Below, one piece after another: positions 20,479 through 29,003 of a DNA stretch of 64,000 nucleotides. Under the pieces are notes generated by a model. That model was not told where the DNA came from. It saw only the letters and a program-made list of their open reading frames with translations, and did not search any database. The position numbers and the translations under genes are program-made. Source of the stretch: Parcubacteria bacterium C7867-008 (lineage in GTDB: Bacteria > Patescibacteriota > Minisyncoccia > Phycocordibacterales > Phycocordibacteraceae); contig LFCR01000006.1 of NCBI GenBank assembly GCA_001189215.1, positions 133,354-197,353 of the forward strand, written 5' to 3'. Position 1 is the stretch's first letter. Each line of letters starts with the position of its first letter.

Positions 20479-20649
20479 TCAGGCGGCGACGCACACCTTG
20501 GCGGTGACTAGCTCGCGGGTGCAGATCGGGCATGTAAACAGAGGCCCTCTGCTAGGGCAGTTGCAGGTTACTTGCTTCCTCATGGGGTTGGCCAAGACGA
20601 AGGCAAGCATTGCATTTGCCTGTTGGGTGGCGACTGGAATGTTTTGCAT
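20479..20649 (-). CDS. small Cys-rich putative zinc-binding protein (56 aa)
   Basis: MQNIPVATQQANAMLAFVLANPMRKQVTCNCPSRGPLFTCPICTRELVTAKVCVAA; SD GGGAG; TTGACT-17-CATTAT promoter (20708-20680); terminator downstream. Confidence 0.6.
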   Translation of the reverse strand: MQNIPVATQQANAMLAFVLANPMRKQVTCNCPSRGPLFTCPICTRELVTAKVCVAA

Positions 20650-20783
20650 TCAGTTCTCCCTGCTGATGATCCACTTTGAATAATGCATTTAGGCAGGTCT
20701 TTAGTCAACGGGGAAGCTGTGAAAGCCGAATTAATCAAGAATCAAAACAAATTAGCGCATGTGCACGATATAATCTGTACATA

Positions 20784-23033
20784 ATGTCTAGGGAAAAGAT
20801 TCCAGTACCATCGGTGGGAAAAACCAACCAAGAACTCTCACCATTTGAGAGTTTTAAAAAGAAACATAAACCCCTTAAAGAAGCTTTTAATCCGGAAGAG
20901 GAATTAGCGAACATATCTCAACTCTCTCGAGAAGAGAAAGGGCGAGCGCTCCGTGGTTTTAAAGAGAAACTTGCAACCCAGCATGCTGCTTGGGCTGCAT
21001 TTCGTACAGATATAGAAAATCGTATTAAAGAAAATCCTGATGTTGCTGGGTCAGTATTTAACGATACCTTGGTGGCATATGCTGACGCATATGGGTTTAC
21101 TAAAGAGCAAATAACCCTTGCCGCAGAAATCTTTGAAGACTATCTCGCAACACGAGCTGCAGTATTAAAAACACGAGAAACATACCCAGACGATCGAGAA
21201 CTTGTTCAAAAACTTACGGGTATTCGTGTGCCAGAGGGCACTACCGTTAAGGTTTCTATTGGTGCCATGAATATAGATATCGTCACCAACACGCGATACA
21301 TGAATATGGTGTATGCGCAGTCGAAAGAAATGGATGAGCCAATTGAATATGGTGGTTTGGCCTGGAATAGGAACGTTGATGGAGAGCACGTGCCATACAA
21401 TCTTATTAGCGATGAAATAGAAGGTGATAGCGTACGGGTACATGAGGTACAACACCAAACAAACCACCTATATCGAGATTTCTTTGAGATGGAAATCGAC
21501 GATATTGAGATGCGCTCAATGCGTCTTATATATGATATGAATTCAGACCCGACGGTTCGGAGAACAGGTTTGGAAAGCTATGTTTCATCTAGAGTTACGT
21601 CTGCAACACGTCGTGCTAAAGATGAAATACTTGCCTATGCAGCAGATGGCACTTCAGCAGAAAACACCTTTAAAATCCTTACTAAAAAGGATGGTAAAGC
21701 GTATGATTATCTTAAAGATTTGCGAGAAGAGAAAAGTGATGACCCTATATGGCTGGATGTTGTGCCTAAAAAGGTAGTTACCGAATATGAAGGGGTAGTA
21801 AAAAGCGGTACCGAAGTCTTTGCTACCCTTGCTCATAAGTTTCCCAGGGATGAAGTAATTGCACTTCTGTCCGCTGAACCCCTTGAGGATTGGTCACGTT
21901 TCATGACCCGAATGTATCCACATAAGTCTCAGTTCTCAAATGAGCCACGAAAAGTACTGCGTGAGTTGGTTGAAAAGAGTCCACAGATGGATCGTGAACG
22001 TGCTGCGAAGATAGAAAAACTCAAACAAACAGCAAAGGAAAATACACTGCCAGCTCTCGGAACCGCTGCGATAGGTACTGCGCTGGGCGCATTTGAAGCT
22101 CATCAAATAAATGCCGCGTACGAAACACACTCCGACAGGAATAATGTCGAGTTTATTGATGCTGATAGTGCGTATTTCAATGTGGTGTACGCTTCTAGTG
22201 CATTGCCTGTTAATAAAGAAACCATAGGACATGCCGATGCACTGATTCTAGATGTTCGCACGGTCCACACTAAGAATGAAGCAGAAGACTTCGTTGCAAT
22301 TGGAGCACAAAGTCACGAGCGGCTAAGTGCAATAGATACTGCGCTTATGGAAATACATGGGATACGTGCCGCTGGCATACCTTCTCGCTATCTTCGCCTT
22401 ATTGAAGAGGCCTTGGAACATAAAATCCCGATCTACTTCCTAGACATTGAAACACCAGAAGCAGAACGTGCTGAGGATAGATCTAATACCCTTAAGGTTG
22501 CAGAATCTGCAGTAGGTGTGGGGCTGGTAGCGCGGGGTGTGAAAGAACTTAACCAAGAGAAACAAACACGTCGCAGCTTCCTCTCTGGATTCTCTCAACT
22601 GCTTGCAGGTAGTTATCTTGGATCGCGTATACCTGATGGTGCCTTAGCTGCCGCAGAACAGTATGAACCAGATACGCGCGCATTTGCTCACCCTTTGAAG
22701 CAGGAGTTAGCTAGTATCAATAGCCAGATACACCCGGAAACGCACCTTGCGTTAGATCTTGAGACACAAGATGCCCTCGTTGCTCAGAAGGCACATACAT
22801 TAGGGAAGTGGTTGGGTGCAAAACTGGGCCATAAGCCGTCACTAGCACTGGTACTGGATAAGAAGCATATAGGCCTAAAAAGGGAGCTTGAAATGTCAGA
22901 AGAGGAGCGATTACTTCAGCTACGCAAAGATCTAGGTCCAGATCTATGGCAGCAGTCCGACATCATTAGGGTCTCAGGAAAACACTTCAATCTCAAATCC
23001 AAAGTCTTTAAAGATGACTCTTTAATGAAGTAG
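20784..23033 (+). CDS. large hypothetical protein with HExxH motif
   Basis: ~750-aa ORF; HEVQH at 21441-21455; start taken at MSREK. Confidence 0.7.
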   Translation: MSREKIPVPSVGKTNQELSPFESFKKKHKPLKEAFNPEEELANISQLSREEKGRALRGFKEKLATQHAAWAAFRTDIENRIKENPDVAGSVFNDTLVAYADAYGFTKEQITLAAEIFEDYLATRAAVLKTRETYPDDRELVQKLTGIRVPEGTTVKVSIGAMNIDIVTNTRYMNMVYAQSKEMDEPIEYGGLAWNRNVDGEHVPYNLISDEIEGDSVRVHEVQHQTNHLYRDFFEMEIDDIEMRSMRLIYDMNSDPTVRRTGLESYVSSRVTSATRRAKDEILAYAADGTSAENTFKILTKKDGKAYDYLKDLREEKSDDPIWLDVVPKKVVTEYEGVVKSGTEVFATLAHKFPRDEVIALLSAEPLEDWSRFMTRMYPHKSQFSNEPRKVLRELVEKSPQMDRERAAKIEKLKQTAKENTLPALGTAAIGTALGAFEAHQINAAYETHSDRNNVEFIDADSAYFNVVYASSALPVNKETIGHADALILDVRTVHTKNEAEDFVAIGAQSHERLSAIDTALMEIHGIRAAGIPSRYLRLIEEALEHKIPIYFLDIETPEAERAEDRSNTLKVAESAVGVGLVARGVKELNQEKQTRRSFLSGFSQLLAGSYLGSRIPDGALAAAEQYEPDTRAFAHPLKQELASINSQIHPETHLALDLETQDALVAQKAHTLGKWLGAKLGHKPSLALVLDKKHIGLKRELEMSEEERLLQLRKDLGPDLWQQSDIIRVSGKHFNLKSKVFKDDSLMK

Positions 23034-23094
23034 CCTGGTGGGGATAGAGCTATTGCAGAGCTATAAAATCGTTATACTAAAAGGGCGAAGGCTC

Positions 23095-23376
23095 ATGGAT
23101 CCATTCCTTCAGATGCATATCTTTTTTCTGGTCACCACTATCGTAGTGGTGGCGCTTGGCGTGCTCTCGTGCGTCGCGCTTGTGTATCTCATTCTTCTCT
23201 TCCGTACCGTGGAGCGCATTGCGAACCATGTTAACGAAGAAGCAGAAGAGATACGCGCAGATCTAGATGATGTGCGAAGGAAGGCGAAACGTGAGGGGCT
23301 TCGTTTGGGGCATTTGATTACGTTCTTTGGGAAGACCGCGAAACGTGCGAAGAAGAAGCGCACCATCGCAGATTAA
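23095..23376 (+). CDS. small membrane protein (DUF948-like TM plus coiled coil)
   Basis: N-terminal TM followed by a charged helix. Confidence 0.65.
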   Translation: MDPFLQMHIFFLVTTIVVVALGVLSCVALVYLILLFRTVERIANHVNEEAEEIRADLDDVRRKAKREGLRLGHLITFFGKTAKRAKKKRTIAD

Positions 23377-23397
23377 TTATTTTTTGTAACTCAATGT

Positions 23398-23904
23398 ATG
23401 GCAACTAAGAAAACTGTTAAGAAGACCGCAAAGAAAGGTAAGAAGCAAAGTGATGCAATGATTGCTGCAGAGATCGGTGCAGGAGTACTTGCCGCAGCTG
23501 GTGCCGCAGCTGGCGCGTACTACTTCTATGGAGACAAGAAGGCAAAAAAGCATCGTCAGGCAGCAGCGAAGTGGGCAAAGGGTATGAAGGCTCAGGTTGT
23601 TAAGGAAGCAAAGGTTGTTGCAAAGCTTGATCAGAAGGCAATGGCAGCAATTGTAGACAAAGCAGCTGCAGCATACGCAGGTGTTCGTTCTGTTGATGCA
23701 CAGGATCTTAAGAATGCAGCAGCAGAGCTTAAGCGTAACTGGAAGGAAGTTGAACGTGAGGTTGAAAGCGCCCGTCGCAAAGTAAACAGCGCCGGCAAGA
23801 AAGTTGCAAAGAAAGCAACAAAGGTAGTAAACAAGGCTGCAAAGAAAGTCGTAAAGCAGACCAGTCCTAAAAAAGCTGCAAAGAAGTCAGCAAAGAAGCG
23901 TTAA
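23398..23904 (+). CDS. Lys/Ala-rich protein (YtxH/histone-H1-like tails)
   Basis: KKAAKK-type repeats, Ala/Gly hydrophobic segment. Confidence 0.7.
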   Translation: MATKKTVKKTAKKGKKQSDAMIAAEIGAGVLAAAGAAAGAYYFYGDKKAKKHRQAAAKWAKGMKAQVVKEAKVVAKLDQKAMAAIVDKAAAAYAGVRSVDAQDLKNAAAELKRNWKEVEREVESARRKVNSAGKKVAKKATKVVNKAAKKVVKQTSPKKAAKKSAKKR

Positions 23905-23930
23905 ATAGGGGTGTGATAGGATAGACGGAT

Positions 23931-24647
23931 ATGGAAACAACAAAAAGCGTATTTATGGATCGGTACCTAACCCCTGTGGCGGTACTGCTCGCAGCAGTCA
24001 TTATTGCTCTCGCACTGATCTTTGGTCAGGGAATGGGTAAAGGTCCTACTGACGGGACAGGTAAGGCAGCCGTAGCAGTTAACATCAAGGATGTTAAGAC
24101 GGACAACAGCCCGTATATTGGTGAGAAGAACGCACCAACTACCGTTGCCGTCTTCTACGACTATCAGTGCCCATTCTGCAAGCAGTTTGAGCAGGCGGTA
24201 ACACCTAAGCTCATCGACGCATATGTAAAGGATGGTAAGACAAAGATTGTCTTCAAGGACTTCCAGTTCCTTGGTGAAGACTCAACCACTGCAGCACTCT
24301 TCGGACGTGCACTTTGGGAGGCTCATCCAGATAAGTTCCATGCATGGTTCATGGCAATGGCTGAAGCACAGGACGATGAGGGTGACCAGGGCTTTGGTGA
24401 TCTCGCTTCAATCCAGAAACTCTCAGGTACTATTCCGGGTATCGACGTTGAGCGTGTCACCAAGCTCATGACAGACAAGAAGGCAGAGTACACCAAAGCA
24501 ATTGAAGCTGATCGTGCAGAAGGTGCCGCTCTCGGTATCAACGGTACACCAAGCATTATTGCTGGAACCAAGCTCTTCTCAGCTATGTCTCCAGATGCCT
24601 TCTATGCAGGTATTTCAGCACAGCTTGATGCGCAGTTGAAGAAGTAA
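23931..24647 (+). CDS. DsbA/thioredoxin-family oxidoreductase
   Basis: N-terminal TM; DYQCPFC; GINGTPS. Confidence 0.9.
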   Translation: METTKSVFMDRYLTPVAVLLAAVIIALALIFGQGMGKGPTDGTGKAAVAVNIKDVKTDNSPYIGEKNAPTTVAVFYDYQCPFCKQFEQAVTPKLIDAYVKDGKTKIVFKDFQFLGEDSTTAALFGRALWEAHPDKFHAWFMAMAEAQDDEGDQGFGDLASIQKLSGTIPGIDVERVTKLMTDKKAEYTKAIEADRAEGAALGINGTPSIIAGTKLFSAMSPDAFYAGISAQLDAQLKK

Positions 24648-24657
24648 TTATTCTTCG

Positions 24658-24686
24658 TTGACAGACAGACAGCATTTCGCTATCAT
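24658..24686 (+). promoter_or_regulatory. sigma70 promoter TTGACA-17-TATCAT
   Basis: Near-consensus boxes and spacing; no ORF directly downstream. Confidence 0.75.
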
Positions 24687-24692
24687 TGTTCT

Positions 24693-24770
24693 GACAACTC
24701 CTCATCTGGTGTAACAACCAAGCGAGAGTGGAAAAGAAAAACCGGCCGAGAGGTCGGTTTTTCTTTCCAT
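24693..24770 (+). ncRNA. candidate ~75-nt small RNA
   Basis: Lies between the consensus promoter and a long terminator hairpin (24730-24768); internal stem TGGT-GTAACA-ACCA; no ORF. Confidence 0.5.
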
Positions 24771-24828
24771 CTTTATTTCATATCGCCCTTACGCTCCCCA
24801 TATCACGTATCTTCTATAGTCATCTTGC

Positions 24829-24897
24829 GCCGGTGGCTTCGGTAGCGAGATGGCAGTTGTCATTCCACTCTCGAGGGTTCAAATCCCTCCGCCGGCT
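24829..24897 (+). ncRNA. non-canonical tRNA-like element (pseudo-tRNA or tRNA mimic)
   Basis: 7-bp acceptor stem GCCGGTG/CGCCGGC and perfect T-arm GAGGG-TTCAAAT-CCCTC; D-arm replaced by C(UUCG)G; no canonical anticodon loop. Confidence 0.6.
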
Positions 24898-24918
24898 TAG
24901 GATATATACTGAATATAT

Positions 24919-25419
24919 ATGAAGACTGTAGTGGTACATGATCCCATGCAGCTGGGATATTCCTATCAACTCACTGAGCCTGAAGGAAAGAATTTCGACC
25001 CTGAATTCAAACCAGATCTCACGCCAAAAGATATGTTTGAACGAGGAGTCTTTGGAGGAAACTACTTCGCAGGACATCTGGATGAATTCCCAAAGGACTG
25101 GCTAATTAATGCCAAGATCTCAGATGTGCACGATAAGAAACTAAACTTCTTCGGTCTTGATGCATCTCAACCCTATGAAGTCTGGAAAGCTAAGGGATGG
25201 ATATATAAAGATGATCCTCGTGGGTGGTTTCAGTGGTACTGCCGCTATTATCTGGGACGTCGTATTCCAGAAGAAGATGCACGGCAGATTAAGCGATGGA
25301 AGCAGATGGTGCGTCATGTGGCACAGGTGCGCTATGCATGTCGTCGCGGAGACTTCACATGTCATACTCGACAACGTCAGGCCCTCCTCCACTGGGCATA
25401 CGATAGTGCGAGCCTCTAG
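24919..25419 (+). CDS. conserved hypothetical protein (DPRGWFQWYCRY motif)
   Basis: GVFGGNY, DPRGWFQWYCRYYLGRR, DARQIKRW, RQALLHWAY; recognisable uncharacterised family. Confidence 0.8.
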   Translation: MKTVVVHDPMQLGYSYQLTEPEGKNFDPEFKPDLTPKDMFERGVFGGNYFAGHLDEFPKDWLINAKISDVHDKKLNFFGLDASQPYEVWKAKGWIYKDDPRGWFQWYCRYYLGRRIPEEDARQIKRWKQMVRHVAQVRYACRRGDFTCHTRQRQALLHWAYDSASL

Positions 25420-25500
25420 CAGGCTCATATGCTATCCACATCATTTCTTAATTTCCTGCATGCAATAGTGAATAGGCATTATCAAGGCTAACTTTTTTCT

Positions 25501-26052
25501 ATGCCTAATTATCGTCTGCTCGCTATTTCAGGAAGTCAGCGCAAGAGCTCCTACAACTCTGCGCTCGTACAAGCGTTTATTAGTGCTGCTTCGGAGAACA
25601 TCTCAATTGAAGTATTAGATTGGTCTGATGTGCCACTGTACAACCAGGACCTTGAAGAATCTTTTCCAACGATCGTGACCGAAATAAAACAGAAGATTGC
25701 GGAAGTAGATGGAATCATTATTGCTACCCCAGAATATAATCGTTCTATTCCAGGACCACTTAAAAACCTTATTGATTGGGTAAGTCGACCATATGGTCAG
25801 GGTGCTTGGGCAGGGAAGCCAGTTACTGTTGTGGGTGCCTCAGTGGGCTCAGTTGGAACAGCACTTGCACATGCTGACGTGCAAAAATCTCTTATGTTCA
25901 ACAATGCACATGTCCTAGGACAACCAGAATTTTATCTAGGGTTTGCACAAAACAAGTTTGATGAACAAGGGAACTTAACAGATGAAGACACAAAACAACA
26001 TATCATTTCACAGCTCGCTGCATTTACTGCATATATCGACACGCTTCGGTAG
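25501..26052 (+). CDS. NADPH-dependent FMN reductase
   Basis: SGSQRKSSYN; TPEYNRSIPGPLKNLIDW. Confidence 0.92.
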   Translation: MPNYRLLAISGSQRKSSYNSALVQAFISAASENISIEVLDWSDVPLYNQDLEESFPTIVTEIKQKIAEVDGIIIATPEYNRSIPGPLKNLIDWVSRPYGQGAWAGKPVTVVGASVGSVGTALAHADVQKSLMFNNAHVLGQPEFYLGFAQNKFDEQGNLTDEDTKQHIISQLAAFTAYIDTLR

Positions 26053-26069
26053 TGGGTTACTATTGGTAC

Positions 26070-26303
26070 ATGGAACGTCTCACCCCAGGCATCTACTATC
26101 ACTTCAAGCACCCGGAACAACACTACGAAGTACTCGGTATTGCCTTGCACACTGAAACCGAAGAAGACATGGTGATTTATAAAGCACTGTATGGTGAGGG
26201 TCGTTTGTATGCTCGGCCAATTGAAATGTTTCTTGAACAGGTAGACAAGCCAGACTACGGATATACGGGGCCTCGTTTCGTATTCGTGGGTCCAAAGGCG
26301 TAG
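26070..26303 (+). CDS. DUF1653 family protein
   Basis: GIYYHFK...YEVLGIALHTET...VIYKALYG...ARPIEMF. Confidence 0.9.
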   Translation: MERLTPGIYYHFKHPEQHYEVLGIALHTETEEDMVIYKALYGEGRLYARPIEMFLEQVDKPDYGYTGPRFVFVGPKA

Positions 26304-26386
26304 GTATCAGGGTGCTGACCCCCCCATACGATAAGACTTGTATTTCTTATATTTAGTGATATAATTCATATCACTAACCAACTCTC

Positions 26387-26869
26387 ATGCCTGACTACAA
26401 GAACAATAGCCGTTTTAAGAAACCTTTTACTAGTGGTGGTGCCGGTCGTGGACCAGCTCGTTTCAGTCGTTCTGACGCCAGCGGACCCCGTGAAATGCAC
26501 ACTGCTGAATGCAGTAAGTGTCACAAGGCCTGCCAGGTACCGTTCCGTCCTAACGGAACAAAGCCAGTATTTTGTGGAGACTGCTTCACTCGAGATGGTG
26601 ATCGTGATTCTCGTGATACCCGTGGCTCATTCCAGAAGAAGGAATACGGTGCACCCCGCACTGCACCAGCGGAAGATCGTCGTATAGATGAGCTTAAGCG
26701 CCAGCTTATACAAATGGACAGCAAGCTAGATCGTCTCGTGCAGATGATTGATGCTGCTAATCGTGTACCTGCTGCGCCAGCCCCAAAGGCTAAAGCAGCT
26801 GCAGCAGCTCTTGCTAAAGCACCCGCAAAGACAAAGAAGGCAGTGGTGAAGAAAGCTAAGAAGGCATAA
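26387..26869 (+). CDS. CxxC-x17-CxxC domain protein
   Basis: CSKCHKACQVPFRPNGTKPVFCGDC. Confidence 0.88.
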   Translation: MPDYKNNSRFKKPFTSGGAGRGPARFSRSDASGPREMHTAECSKCHKACQVPFRPNGTKPVFCGDCFTRDGDRDSRDTRGSFQKKEYGAPRTAPAEDRRIDELKRQLIQMDSKLDRLVQMIDAANRVPAAPAPKAKAAAAALAKAPAKTKKAVVKKAKKA

Positions 26870-26891
26870 TACGTTCCGCCGCTAATTAACC

Positions 26892-26915
26892 AAGCCCAGA
26901 CAAGTGTCTGGGCTT
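26892..26915. terminator. hairpin between convergent genes
   Basis: AAGCCCAGAC-AAGT-GTCTGGGCTT. Confidence 0.65.
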
Positions 26916-26922
26916 TCGGCGT

Positions 26923-27141
26923 TTAGTGGATGATGTTGGTAGCACTGGGCAGGGTAAGGGGTGTGCGGGAACTTTGAATAGTACCTGCGGAACCTGCGAT
27001 TTGTGAACCAACATAGGCTGAGATTTCTGCTGCATTCAGGAACGCAATGATAGTGTCCTGAAGCTGCGAGAATATTGTGGGAACAAGAAGTTGAAGAATA
27101 AGAATGGTAATACCGAGACCAAATGCGCGAAAGATAGGCAT
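26923..27141 (-). CDS. small membrane protein
   Basis: MPIFRAFGLGITILILQLLVP hydrophobic N-terminus. Confidence 0.6.
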   Translation of the reverse strand: MPIFRAFGLGITILILQLLVPTIFSQLQDTIIAFLNAAEISAYVGSQIAGSAGTIQSSRTPLTLPSATNIIH

Positions 27142-27263
27142 ATGGGTGGTAGTTATTTGATAAACGTGGACTCGAAGAGCACACACGTGAGACGGTAACG
27201 GGTCTCAATCAAATCTTTTTCAAGCTTCTTCCACTCCCTATAACCTCACACTTTGTATCCAGG

Positions 27264-27806
27264 TTACACCCTCTTCTCTTTTAGAAGTTGTGCGTATTTT
27301 TCCTGAACCTTCTGTAGTTTTGGGGCAATGATCACCTGGCAATATCCCTGTGCCTTATTTTGTGCGTAGTAGTCCTTATGGTATTCCTCAGCAGGATAGA
27401 AAGTTGCTCCTTCTTCAATTGTGGTAACAATAGGGTCACCCTCTTTTGATGATTCACTGAGTTCTGTAATAAATGCTGCTACTTCTTCTTTCTGGCCAGG
27501 TGTAGTAGGGAAGACGACAGATCGATACTGAGTACCTACGTCATTACCCTGACGATTCAACTGTGTTGCGTCATGAGAACCAAAGAAGACCGTGAGGAGA
27601 TCGCGATAGCTAACCTGAGAGGGATCAAACTCAATCTTGATCACCTCTGCATGTCCGCTATCTCCACCACATACCTGCTGATAGGTTGGGTTGGTAGTTT
27701 TTCCACCCGCATACCCAGGCGCAACGTCAGTTACACCTTTAAGCATCTTAAATACTGCCTCTGTGCACCAGAAGCATCCTCCACCGAATAGTGCTGTTTC
27801 TGTCAT
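27264..27806 (-). CDS. msrA: peptide-methionine (S)-S-oxide reductase
   Basis: GGGCFWC, GYAGG, GTQYRS, FYPAEEYH motifs. Confidence 0.96.
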   Translation of the reverse strand: MTETALFGGGCFWCTEAVFKMLKGVTDVAPGYAGGKTTNPTYQQVCGGDSGHAEVIKIEFDPSQVSYRDLLTVFFGSHDATQLNRQGNDVGTQYRSVVFPTTPGQKEEVAAFITELSESSKEGDPIVTTIEEGATFYPAEEYHKDYYAQNKAQGYCQVIIAPKLQKVQEKYAQLLKEKRV

Positions 27807-27989
27807 ATGTATAAAGTATATCAAGTCCCGTTACTTTTGACGCAACTCCAGAATCAATTCCAAATATGTTATGAACAGGCATTTTATATAACCTGACAGT
27901 ATCCAGACATATACTCCGAGCAGGTGCACCGAACTTTGATACAACAGCACCTTGCGAATCATCGCATCATCAGTTGAATGGGGTACGTC

Positions 27990-28493
27990 ATGGGCTGGAC
28001 AGACGAACGAGTCGAACTCCTCAAGAAGCTCTGGCAAGATGGTCTCTCGGCTTCGCAGATCGCGAAGCAGTTGGGCGGAGTGACGCGCAACTCAGTCATC
28101 GGAAAGGTCCATCGACTGGGCCTGTCCGGACGCGCAACGCCCTCCAAGCCGCAACGCACGGTCTTCAAGGCTCCGCGACCGACGCGGCCCGTTACAGCAA
28201 AACCTTCGGCACCTCGTCGCATCGCTGAACCGGTCGCGGCCGCACCGGCCCGCACACCCTTGTACTGCGTGGACGAAAGCCCTGGAACGGCAACGATCAT
28301 CACGCTGGGCGCCCACATGTGCAAGTGGCCGATCGGAGATCCGTCGCTCGACAACTTCACGTTCTGCGGCCGTCGCTCAGAAGAGGGTGGGCCGTACTGC
28401 CACGAACATTCCTGCGTTGCCTATCAGCCGGCACAGGCGAAGAAGAAGTCTTCAGGTGCGGAACTGGCGCGATCGCTGCGCCGGTACATCTGA
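27990..28493 (+). CDS. gcrA: GcrA cell-cycle regulator (alphaproteobacterial, Caulobacter-like)
   Basis: WTDERVELLKKLW..GLSASQIAKQLGGVTRNSVIGKVHRLGLSGR; CKWPIGDP...FTFCG...PYC; C-terminal AELARSLRRYI. Confidence 0.93.
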   Translation: MGWTDERVELLKKLWQDGLSASQIAKQLGGVTRNSVIGKVHRLGLSGRATPSKPQRTVFKAPRPTRPVTAKPSAPRRIAEPVAAAPARTPLYCVDESPGTATIITLGAHMCKWPIGDPSLDNFTFCGRRSEEGGPYCHEHSCVAYQPAQAKKKSSGAELARSLRRYI

Positions 28494-28520
28494 ACCCAAA
28501 TTTATCCTTCGGGATATCAA

Positions 28521-28549
28521 ACGGGCCCTTCGAGAATCGAAGGGCCCGT
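28521..28549. terminator. terminator hairpin between gcrA and msrB
   Basis: ACGGGCCCTTCGA-GAA-TCGAAGGGCCCGT. Confidence 0.75.
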
Positions 28550-28558
28550 GATGTGTTT

Positions 28559-28945
28559 CTACTCTTTCTCGAATTCGAGACAAACGGAGTTAATGCAATA
28601 CCGCTTACCACCCTTATCTTCTGGTCCGTCATCAAACACGTGACCAAGATGGCTGTTGCAATGCTTACAAAATACCTCTGTGCGATGCATGCCGTGCGCG
28701 TCATCTGAGCGTGTGCCCACATTCTCTGCCACCGCTGGATCAGTAAAGGAAGGCCAGCCACTCTTTGAATCGAACTTAGCCGTAGAAGAGAACAGGGCAT
28801 TTCCACATACCTTACAGCGATACATACCATGATCATGATTATCTACATACGCGCCTTTCCAGGGAGCTTCAGTACCGCCTTCACGGAGAACTGCGTATTC
28901 TTCAGGACTTAGCTTTGCACGGATTTCGTCTTCATTCATTTCCAT
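28559..28945 (-). CDS. msrB: peptide-methionine (R)-S-oxide reductase
   Basis: GTEAP, KFDSKSGWPSF, HLGHVFDDGP, RYCINS. Confidence 0.96.
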   Translation of the reverse strand: MEMNEDEIRAKLSPEEYAVLREGGTEAPWKGAYVDNHDHGMYRCKVCGNALFSSTAKFDSKSGWPSFTDPAVAENVGTRSDDAHGMHRTEVFCKHCNSHLGHVFDDGPEDKGGKRYCINSVCLEFEKE

Positions 28946-29003
28946 ATAAGAGAATTATACCCCTATGACAAAGCTCTGCCGATAGGCTAGGATTAAGGAA
29001 CGT

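Noticed and set aside
20438-20683. Plus-strand 81-aa ORF from the ORF track
   Set aside because: It is antisense to the 56-aa minus-strand ORF, which has the promoter, SD and terminator support.
27959-28836. Overlapping alternative-frame ORFs around gcrA, and similar antisense ORFs over acrB, groEL, nrdJ and valS
   Set aside because: Shadow ORFs of well-supported genes with no motifs of their own.
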